A DNA stretch of 41,203 nt from a virus (lineage: Duplodnaviria; Caudoviricetes), in IMG/VR virus record IMGVR_UViG_3300032116_000478, positions 1 through 41,203 of that record. One strand, given 5' to 3'. The notes beneath the pieces were generated by a model. It ran no database searches, was not told the origin of the DNA, and was given only the letters and a program-made list of their open reading frames with translations. Shown piece by piece: positions 26,243 to 33,811 of this stretch. The translations under genes were made by a program, and so were the position numbers. The stretch's first letter is position 1, and the number at the start of each line of letters is the position of its first letter.

Positions 26243-26563
26243 ATGAAGCTCAACCTTTCTGCAGAACGTATCGCAGCGCTTTGTGCGCCGCCTCCTGGCT
26301 ACGTCAAGCCAGCACCACAGCCTCCACCAAACCCCGACGCACTCAAGAAGCGCCGTGTGAAAACCAAGCGCCAGCCGCACTGGAAACCACCGACCCGCAA
26401 GCCATACAGCCGCTATCAGATCAACAAGGAGATGATGGCCCGTATCCAAGAATGGCGAAAAACCAACCCGTGGCACAGCTACCGGGAGATCGCCGAGCAC
26501 TTCAAAGTTTCCGTATCAACAGCCTACTACAGCCTCAACCGCCCCAAAACCAATGCCAGCTAA
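26243..26563 (+). CDS. HTH DNA-binding protein
   Basis: SYREIAEHFKVSVSTAYY. Confidence 0.7.
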   Translation: MKLNLSAERIAALCAPPPGYVKPAPQPPPNPDALKKRRVKTKRQPHWKPPTRKPYSRYQINKEMMARIQEWRKTNPWHSYREIAEHFKVSVSTAYYSLNRPKTNAS

Positions 26564-27215
26564 CCCAACCATCATATTCGACATCGAGACCGGAGCCTTG
26601 CCGTTTGGCGAGCTTGCCATACCGGCCTTCAACCCGGCCGACGTGAAGCTCGGTAACACCAAAGACCCCGACAAGATCGCCGAGCGTATCCGGCAGGCCG
26701 AGGAGAACCACGTCACCGACTACATCCGCAACGCTGCCTTGGATGCCCTGAGCGGCCAGGTGCTGTGCATCGGATACCGCCTAGAGCGCGACGAGCCTGC
26801 CATCCTGTCGTCCGACGCTGATGGCGAGGCCGCTATGCTCCGGCAATGGTGGGAGCTGCTGAACACCTGGGAGCGCCAGCCGCGGTTGATCGGGTTCAAC
26901 ATCAAGGCCTTCGACCTGCCTTTCCTCATCAAGCGCTCGTGGAAGCATCGGATCACGCCACCCTATTGGATACGCAACGGCCGGTACTGGAACGACCTGA
27001 TCGTCGACCTGCGCGAGGTGTGGCAGCTCGGGGACAACCGGGCTCATGGCAGCCTCGGAGCCATCAGCAGGCATCTAGGGCTCGGGGAGAAGACCGGCAA
27101 TGGCGCCGACTTCGCCAACCTGTGGAAAACCAACCGCCAGGCAGCCATCGACTACTGCCTGCAGGATGTCCGCCTGACCCAGCAGGTGGCGGATGTTCTG
27201 ATGCCTAGCTATTGA
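26553..27215 (+). CDS. DEDDy 3'-5' exonuclease (PolB/DnaQ-like)
   Basis: FDIET (ExoI), GFNIKAFDLPFL (ExoII), YCLQDV (ExoIII). Confidence 0.88.
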   Translation: MPANPTIIFDIETGALPFGELAIPAFNPADVKLGNTKDPDKIAERIRQAEENHVTDYIRNAALDALSGQVLCIGYRLERDEPAILSSDADGEAAMLRQWWELLNTWERQPRLIGFNIKAFDLPFLIKRSWKHRITPPYWIRNGRYWNDLIVDLREVWQLGDNRAHGSLGAISRHLGLGEKTGNGADFANLWKTNRQAAIDYCLQDVRLTQQVADVLMPSY

Positions 27216-27219
27216 AACT

Positions 27220-27552
27220 ATGAACGATAACACTTCAATCCAAGATCCGTTGCTGCAGCAAGCAATAATGGAAGCGGAAGAGCGCAGAAAACTGATACAG
27301 ATGGTTGTTGGCAGCAATGCGCTTGCAAAGGCGTGCATTGATAACTGCTTCGACTATGCTGTTAAACTCAGAACAGGTGAGGTTATTAGGTTCACAGGTG
27401 CAGAGATTATCAGCAATGAATGGATACATCTTACTTTGGATAGTTGTCTGAAACAAAAAACAGACTACATGGTGGCTTATTCTGCAGAGCGCGGCATCGA
27501 CGTACGCATCGCAGACATCGTTTGGGTCATGGATGCACCTGAAGGCAGCTAG
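27220..27552 (+). CDS. Hypothetical protein (AT-richer insert)
   Basis: 110-aa ORF; visibly lower GC. Confidence 0.7.
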   Translation: MNDNTSIQDPLLQQAIMEAEERRKLIQMVVGSNALAKACIDNCFDYAVKLRTGEVIRFTGAEIISNEWIHLTLDSCLKQKTDYMVAYSAERGIDVRIADIVWVMDAPEGS

Positions 27553-27562
27553 GAACATCGCA

Positions 27563-27727
27563 ATGACTCCAACACCCGACAACCTGTCCGAGGAGGCTGC
27601 CTACCGATACCATGAGCGTCTAGGCATCCTATGCGGCACAGACGAGCCTACACATGAGCAGCACATAAGAGCGCTCCAGGAGGCGCAGGAGTACGACAGG
27701 CTGGACAAGGCCAAGCCTGTGCGATAG
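27563..27727 (+). CDS. Small hypothetical protein
   Basis: AGGA RBS; MTPTPDNLSEEAAYRYHERLGILCG. Confidence 0.55.
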   Translation: MTPTPDNLSEEAAYRYHERLGILCGTDEPTHEQHIRALQEAQEYDRLDKAKPVR

Positions 27728-27736
27728 GGAGGCCAC

Positions 27737-27862
27737 GTCGACGTGAGCTGTAGGAGGTGAGCGTCGATACCAAACGAAGGACATGACAACTTTTATCCCC
27801 ACCACCACAGGCATTCGCAGTCCCTTCCTGCGATCTCCTACCCTGTGTCTGGTGGGGATTTT
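27737..27862 (+). promoter_or_regulatory. Structured leader/attenuator-like RNA upstream of the replication initiator
   Basis: Hairpin GTCGACG/CGTCGAT with loop GTAGGAG; long hairpin ATCCCCACCA/TGGTGGGGAT followed by T-run, with bulge CTCCTAC complementary to that loop. Confidence 0.55.
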
Positions 27863-27872
27863 CGTTTGAATC

Positions 27873-28619
27873 ATGAAAGAGACTAAACCCAAAGGAAGGG
27901 CTCCAGCCTTCCAGTTCTATGCCGACGACTTCCTAGCAGGCACAATGACTATGACCAACGAGGAGCGTGGCGCCTACATCAGCCTGCTGTGCCTTCAATG
28001 GTCGAAAGGCTTCGTTACCGAGCTCGACATCCAGCGGATGTGCCATGGTATGCCAACGCATTGCCAAGGCATATGCCAAAGTAAGTTCGAAGCTGGAGAC
28101 GATGGTCACTACCGGAACAAGCGGCTGGAGAAGGAAAGGTCGAAACAGAAGGAAAGAAGCGAAAAACAGCGGGATATTGCCAATTTGCGGTGGAACAAGG
28201 ATGCCAACGCATTGCCAACGCATTGCCGCGAAGATGCCGATGATCATGCCGAATCTGTACCAGAATCATGCTTTCCGTCTCCATCTCCTTCTCCTATAAT
28301 ACATACACCGACACCAAAGTCTCCGTGGGAAGTCGCCCATGGGATCGAACTGCCCGACAGCCTCCGCACCCAGAACTGCCTCGATGCCGTCAAGCTGTGG
28401 CTGCAGTACAAGTCGGAGAAGCGTGAATCCTACAAGAAGACCGGCCTGACCGCAGCACTGACCAAGTGGTCGCGTGAGTTCACGCCTGCGGAGTTCCCGT
28501 CTATCGTCGAGCATTCAATCGCATCCGGCTGGAAAGGCCTTTACCGACCTCAAAGCTCTGCCGGCGCCATGCCAAATCCGGTTGGGAAAAAGGAACTCAA
28601 CTGGAAGGACAGCCTATGA
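27873..28619 (+). CDS. Replication initiator, YdaU/DUF1376-like
   Basis: APAFQFYADDFLAGT..MTNEERGAYISLLCLQW, NKRLEKE, SPSPSP linker, SIASGWKGL; directly upstream of DnaB. Confidence 0.85.
   Translation: MKETKPKGRAPAFQFYADDFLAGTMTMTNEERGAYISLLCLQWSKGFVTELDIQRMCHGMPTHCQGICQSKFEAGDDGHYRNKRLEKERSKQKERSEKQRDIANLRWNKDANALPTHCREDADDHAESVPESCFPSPSPSPIIHTPTPKSPWEVAHGIELPDSLRTQNCLDAVKLWLQYKSEKRESYKKTGLTAALTKWSREFTPAEFPSIVEHSIASGWKGLYRPQSSAGAMPNPVGKKELNWKDSL
28041..28275. repeat. Iteron-like ~11-bp repeats (putative origin of replication)
   Basis: (A/T)TGCCAACGCA at 28050, 28201, 28212; degenerate TGCC units at 28041, 28062, 28074, 28178, 28224, 28235, 28247. Confidence 0.7.
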
Positions 28620-29914
28620 CCAATGACCCCTTCCACGCCAACGATGACGAATACGGCATGATCGGAGCCTGCCTGAACGGAACCATCGACACATCCTCGG
28701 ATGCCGTATCGGAAATCAGGAGCGAATGGATTCAACGGGATGAACTCAGGCTGACCTTCGATGTCATCCGCGGCATGGTTCAGGAAGGCAAAAGCCCGAC
28801 GCTCTCCGACCTGCACAAGGAATGGAAGAAAGCCTATGGCCAACTTCCTGCCCCATTCGATGCTTGGAATCAGGCCATGGAAGTCTGCCCCAGCCCGGCC
28901 AACCTGACCTACTACACCAAGGCAATCGTCGAGGCTGCCCACAGACGCCAGCTCAGAGACGCTGGGGACCGCCTGATACGCGAGTCCGCTATGTTGACCC
29001 TCCAGCCCGATCAAATCGTCTCCAATGCCGAAGCAGGGCTCAGCATTGACGTGTCCCGTGAGACGCTCACAACCAGCAAACAGGTTGCCGGGTCATTCAT
29101 CGACCAGATGCAGGATCGGTTCAACCGGAAGGGACAGCTCTCCGGCATCCCCACCGGCTTCTTTCATCTGGATGAAAAGACCGACGGTTTGCAGCCCCGT
29201 GAGATGGCCATCATCGCAGCCCGTCCGAGCATCGGTAAAACAGCCATCGCAATCGCCATTGCAGAACACGCTGCGATCAAGTCCAAGGTGCCGACTCTTT
29301 TCATCAGCCTAGAGATGAGCAAAGAGGCAATCTTCAGACGCACCATATCGACCGTTGGAAGCATCCCGATGCAGAGCCTCAAGAGCGGAAACCTGAATGA
29401 GGGAGAAATGAAGTCGATGATGCTGTCATCGGGCAAGGTGGCCAACAGCCCACTATGGTTCATTGATGGCTCCAGCATTCACAGTATCTCCAACATCATG
29501 GCCAATGTTCGACGAGCTGTGCGCAAGCACGGTGTACGTCTGGTGATCGTAGACTACCTGCAGAAGATCAAGGCAGCCGATCGCTCTGAGAAACGCACCT
29601 ACGAGGTCGCAGAGGTATCGGGCAAGCTGAAGGACATCGCAGTGCAAACAGGAGTCGCTATGCTATGCCTTGCCCAGCTCAACCGAGAGTCGGAGAAGGA
29701 AAAAGGCAGGCAGCCACGCCTCACCGATCTCGCAGACAGCGGCCAGATCGAACGCGATGCAGACCTCGTGATGCTTTTGAATCGTGACAGATCGGAAGCT
29801 TCAGGCGAAGCTGCCATCATCATCGCCAAACAGAGAGACGGCGAATGCGGAATCGTGAACCTCCATTACGAAGGCCAATACTGCCGCTTCACAGACCCAT
29901 CGCCGAGCTATTGA
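28616..29914 (+). CDS. dnaB: Replicative DNA helicase
   Basis: AARPSIGKT Walker A, FISLEMS, IVDYLQ, LAQLNRE, DLADSGQIERDAD, AKQRDG. Confidence 0.95.
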   Translation: MTNDPFHANDDEYGMIGACLNGTIDTSSDAVSEIRSEWIQRDELRLTFDVIRGMVQEGKSPTLSDLHKEWKKAYGQLPAPFDAWNQAMEVCPSPANLTYYTKAIVEAAHRRQLRDAGDRLIRESAMLTLQPDQIVSNAEAGLSIDVSRETLTTSKQVAGSFIDQMQDRFNRKGQLSGIPTGFFHLDEKTDGLQPREMAIIAARPSIGKTAIAIAIAEHAAIKSKVPTLFISLEMSKEAIFRRTISTVGSIPMQSLKSGNLNEGEMKSMMLSSGKVANSPLWFIDGSSIHSISNIMANVRRAVRKHGVRLVIVDYLQKIKAADRSEKRTYEVAEVSGKLKDIAVQTGVAMLCLAQLNRESEKEKGRQPRLTDLADSGQIERDADLVMLLNRDRSEASGEAAIIIAKQRDGECGIVNLHYEGQYCRFTDPSPSY

Positions 29915-29915
29915 T

Positions 29916-30263
29916 ATGAGCAGAACACACAACGACAACCTCAGGCTATTATCTGAAGCACCGCAGATAATCGCACGAGCCGTCAAAGCCGGTTGGATAT
30001 CCTACCCGGCAAACCAGAAGTTCCTCGAAGACGGTTCGCCGGACCCCATGCTCATCGAGGACTACGCTCAGCAAGCAGTCAGGCACCACCCCGAATCCAT
30101 GATTCGCGCCTACCAGCTCCGTAATATGGGCCTCAGCCTCGATGGCACTGCCAAGGCCTGCAATGTGCCCCGCGGTTCCATCGTCTACATGATCTCCAAA
30201 GGCCACGAACTGACCCTAGCCAGAGAACGAGAAGCAGCAGGCCTCACCCAACAATCCCAATGA
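29916..30263 (+). CDS. Hypothetical protein with HTH-like C-terminus
   Basis: GLSLDGTAKACNVPRGSIVYMI. Confidence 0.65.
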   Translation: MSRTHNDNLRLLSEAPQIIARAVKAGWISYPANQKFLEDGSPDPMLIEDYAQQAVRHHPESMIRAYQLRNMGLSLDGTAKACNVPRGSIVYMISKGHELTLAREREAAGLTQQSQ

Positions 30264-31072
30264 GCACCCCAACCAATCCAACAGTGGACGACCCGTTCCT
30301 CTACGCACCAAGGCCGAAGTCGGTGGTGCAGCCCGAGACCAAGGATGGCACCAGGCCTTCCATCCATGTCAGCCTGTATGCCTACGGAGGCATCTCAGCA
30401 GCCTGCCTCATGTCCTGGGTCGATCTGACAGCCACCTTCGCACGATCAGATCGCCAGACAGACCTACGCACCATCCGCGAGGATGCCCTGATATCCCGCA
30501 GCCGTTGCAGGGCTACCAAGTGGTTCCTCGACTCCGGCAAGGACGTATGGGTGCAGATCGACCATGACGTGGAGTTCGCCGCGGCCGACATCGTGCGTAT
30601 GGCAGAGCTCGCCCATCAGCACCAGGCAACCGTGTGCATCCCCTACCCGTGCCGCACACTGCCGCCTAGGCCAGCCCTGCGTCCGAAAGCAGAGCACCTG
30701 CAGGCCCTGAAGTTCCAAACTGCCAACGCAGAGTCGGCTAGTGAGCTGGTGCCGATTCAGATGTTCGCAAGCGGATGCCTCGCAATCCCTCGTAAACGCC
30801 TCGTAGAGACGCTAGAAAAGCTCGGGAGGGTGGACATAGCACCCCCCTATAGAATCGACTGGTGCAAGGACGTGCGCGTCGAGGAGTTCCCCACGCTGTG
30901 GATGCCGTTCGCTGTAGACACCATGCCGGGGCAACTGGAGTACCTCTCAGAGGACTTCGCTGCTGCCTTCAGGATGAGCCTGTGCGAAGTGCCGCACTAC
31001 TCGATGATGCCCAAGAAACAACTCAACCATTGGGGAGAGTTCCCCTACAGCTTTGCGCCTTATGCCGGGTAA
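30260..31072 (+). CDS. GT-A-fold glycosyltransferase-like protein
   Basis: ALISRSR, WVQIDHDVEF (DxD), SGCLAI, YLSEDFA, LNHWG. Confidence 0.75.
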   Translation: MSTPTNPTVDDPFLYAPRPKSVVQPETKDGTRPSIHVSLYAYGGISAACLMSWVDLTATFARSDRQTDLRTIREDALISRSRCRATKWFLDSGKDVWVQIDHDVEFAAADIVRMAELAHQHQATVCIPYPCRTLPPRPALRPKAEHLQALKFQTANAESASELVPIQMFASGCLAIPRKRLVETLEKLGRVDIAPPYRIDWCKDVRVEEFPTLWMPFAVDTMPGQLEYLSEDFAAAFRMSLCEVPHYSMMPKKQLNHWGEFPYSFAPYAG

Positions 31073-31694
31073 GCCCGATAAGAGAAAGCGGGAAGGCAGA
31101 GTGTCACAGAGGACCATCGCAGAGGCCTCTGGTGTCAACGAGGTGTACGTCAACCGTATCCTCAAAGGCATAAGGAGCTACCCAGAAGAGACTATTGAGA
31201 AGGTGCTCAAGACTGCAGAGAAGCTAGGATACAAGAAAACAGAGAACCCAAACCAGCACTTCAATTCGACACTGACACAGGAGAAGGCGGACGCCATTGT
31301 TGAAGGCGTGATACACAACAAGTCATTGCAGACCATCAGTCAGGAAGCTGGTTTAACAGAGGGAGCCACGTTCAAATACATAAGAGGCGTCAAGGTTCCG
31401 ATAGATTATCCCGAGACTGAGGAAGAGTGGCGTAAGGATGTCACGGGGTTCATGGAGGTAGCTATTTGGAAAGGCACTAAGCGACTTGCAGAAACATCTA
31501 TCAACTACATCGACGATAGAACACTACCCATCGCAATAGGCGTCACCTTGGATAAATTATCCATGCTGAAGGGCCAGCCTACCAGCATTCACCTCGCTAT
31601 GACAGCCAGCGTCAACCACCGGGACCTAATGAAGGACCTGAAGGAGCGCGATGTGACCCCCGTGAACGACGAGCAACTGCCCGATGCGGTTTAG
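31062..31694 (+). CDS. HTH protein, probable terminase small subunit
   Basis: N-terminal LacI-like HTH (VSQRTIAEASGV...KTAEKLGY), second HTH, IAIGVTLDK..L.GQPT motif; upstream of TerL. Confidence 0.6.
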   Translation: MPGKPDKRKREGRVSQRTIAEASGVNEVYVNRILKGIRSYPEETIEKVLKTAEKLGYKKTENPNQHFNSTLTQEKADAIVEGVIHNKSLQTISQEAGLTEGATFKYIRGVKVPIDYPETEEEWRKDVTGFMEVAIWKGTKRLAETSINYIDDRTLPIAIGVTLDKLSMLKGQPTSIHLAMTASVNHRDLMKDLKERDVTPVNDEQLPDAV

Positions 31695-31769
31695 GTAGTA
31701 GCTCCAAATGTCCTACCCCTCCACCGCGGCAACCACCGAAACACGCGAGTTTAGGCCTGTTTCGACGCA

Positions 31770-31797
31770 TTGATGCACAATCCGTATTATATTCACT
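31770..31797 (+). other. dif-like (XerC/XerD) site
   Basis: TTGATGCACAA-TCCGTA-TTATATTCACT; 11-6-11 layout, right arm 8/11 to E. coli XerD arm TTATGTTAAAT; non-coding region. Confidence 0.55.
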
Positions 31798-32069
31798 TGG
31801 TCACGCAAACACGCAGCAAACCAGCGTAAACATTGGGCCAAACGCACGTTGCACCATGAGCAGAAAGCCAGTGTCCTACCCCGTTACGACAGGTGGAACA
31901 GCAGTCACCGCGGCACCCCCCGGGGGAGGGGGTCGGCGGATTGCGGCAACGCCTAAAAGGCGACGGGTTTCCTCAAACGAAAAATATCAGGAAAGCCTCT
32001 ATCACACCGCCCTCACCCTCGCCACCCAGGACAACCTCGACCTCACCCTAGAAAACACACACCTCCGCC

Positions 32070-33800
32070 GTGAACTCCGCCTCCTCCGCCGTCGTCTCCG
32101 CACCGCGCTGCATGACCTGCAATGCGCCATTCGAAGTCATCAAACAGCACAGCGGCCCTAAGCAGAAGCGTTTCTGCAACGAGGCGTGCAACATAGCCTG
32201 GTGGAACGAACAGCCGCAGCACCCTGTCATCCCCAAGGTCGACGCCAGCCACCCCCGTGCACTGGAGCTGAAGCAGAAGCGCACCCAGCTTGTCCTACTG
32301 GAGAAGGCTGATCCGTACACCTACGGCTACATCCCGGACCACTGGGAGGTGGCCAATGCGGAGTATGGCGCCACCCAGGAGCTGCTGATCAGCGGCGGCA
32401 ACCGTGCTGGTAAGACCTTGTGGGCAGCTAGGCGTGTTGTGCAAACGCTGCTGGAGAAGGAGAACGCAAGTGTACTGTGTTGTCACACTAGCCATGCCAC
32501 TAGTGTCACTGTGCAGCAGCCTGCTATCTACAACTATCTGCCTGTCGCACTACGAGCTACCAAGAAGGGCCGTATCCACTATTTGAATTACAGCAGGAAG
32601 AATGGTTTCACCGATGGCTCATTCATTCTGCCTAATGGCTCTAGGTGCGACTTTCTGAACTACACGCAATCGGAGAACACGATTGAGGGCCGTGAGGCTG
32701 ATCTGATCTGGTGCGACGAGTTGGTGCCACAGAGCTGGGTGGAGACGCTGCGGTATCGGTTGATTACAAGGAGGGGCAAGCTGTTGATCACACAGACGCC
32801 GCTGGAGGGTGTTGCCAGTGTGTACAAGGAGTTCACTGCTGGCTCTGCTATTACGAAGTTCCACGACGCTGAGTTGCTCAAAGGCAAACAAGGACTGCCG
32901 ACGTGGCCTGTGGGTAAGGCTGCACGCACTATGGTGCAGAATCAGACCAATAGGCGGACTGTGTTCTTCTTCTCGGAGGACAACCCGTACAACCCGTTCG
33001 ACGAGATGAAGTCGAAGCTAGTGGCTTCGCCTATGGGACAGATACTGACACGGGCCTATGGGTGGGCTTCTGACAACATTGGGAAGGCCTTTGCGCGGTT
33101 CAGGCCTGAGATTCATTGCATCCCGGCTTCCTCGGTGCCTGCTGGCGGGACGCTGTACATGGTTTGCGATCCTGCGGGTGCGCGTAACTGGTATGCCTTG
33201 TGGATGCTGGTGTACGAGGATGGGAAGCGGGTGGTGGTGCGGGAGTTCCCTGACTTCAGCAATTATGGCGAGTGGGTGCTGCCTAGCGAGAAGGCTGACG
33301 GTAAGCCCGGGCCTGCGCAGACGCTGGAGGCTGGCCGGTCGATCTCGGAGTACCGGAAGCTGTTCAGGCAGATTGAGGCCGACTTGGGCTATGGCGAGCC
33401 GGTGATGCGGTTGATCGACCCGAAAGCGGGTGGATCGCCAGCATTATCGGAGGCTGGAGGCACTACGCTGATCGACCTATTGGCCGAATCCGAAGATCCG
33501 ACTGATGATGGCATGGCCTTCATACCGGCTCCGGGCGTGCCTGTGGACCAGCGGACGTCTGCGATCAACTCGCAGCTCTCCTACGATGCCACGCAGGAAC
33601 TGACGGCGATTAACGAGCCACAATTGTACGTTGTGAACGACTGCACTAACCTGATCTATGCGCTGTCGGAGCATACGGGCAGGGATGGGCAGAAGGGTGC
33701 TACTAAGGACCCCATTGATTGCCTAGGTATGTTGTTGGTCTCGGGCCTTGCCTTTGTCGGCCGTGGGGGCTTTGATAGTCGCGGCGGCGGTGGATACTAA
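32070..33800 (+). CDS. terL: Terminase large subunit
   Basis: GGNRAGKT Walker A, IWCDE Walker B, ITQTP coupling motif, nuclease VCDPAG...DPIDCL. Confidence 0.93.
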   Translation: MNSASSAVVSAPRCMTCNAPFEVIKQHSGPKQKRFCNEACNIAWWNEQPQHPVIPKVDASHPRALELKQKRTQLVLLEKADPYTYGYIPDHWEVANAEYGATQELLISGGNRAGKTLWAARRVVQTLLEKENASVLCCHTSHATSVTVQQPAIYNYLPVALRATKKGRIHYLNYSRKNGFTDGSFILPNGSRCDFLNYTQSENTIEGREADLIWCDELVPQSWVETLRYRLITRRGKLLITQTPLEGVASVYKEFTAGSAITKFHDAELLKGKQGLPTWPVGKAARTMVQNQTNRRTVFFFSEDNPYNPFDEMKSKLVASPMGQILTRAYGWASDNIGKAFARFRPEIHCIPASSVPAGGTLYMVCDPAGARNWYALWMLVYEDGKRVVVREFPDFSNYGEWVLPSEKADGKPGPAQTLEAGRSISEYRKLFRQIEADLGYGEPVMRLIDPKAGGSPALSEAGGTTLIDLLAESEDPTDDGMAFIPAPGVPVDQRTSAINSQLSYDATQELTAINEPQLYVVNDCTNLIYALSEHTGRDGQKGATKDPIDCLGMLLVSGLAFVGRGGFDSRGGGGY

Positions 33801-33811
33801 CACAAGACACT

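Noticed and set aside
28041-28275. CRISPR-like or mini-array
   Set aside because: Units are ~11 bp in tandem with no unique spacers; better explained as iterons. No CRISPR array or tRNA was seen elsewhere
31856-32161. 101-aa ORF upstream of TerL
   Set aside because: Runs through repeat and G/C-tract sequence and overlaps TerL by ~90 nt; only the C-terminal coiled-coil-like part looks protein-like, so it is not called
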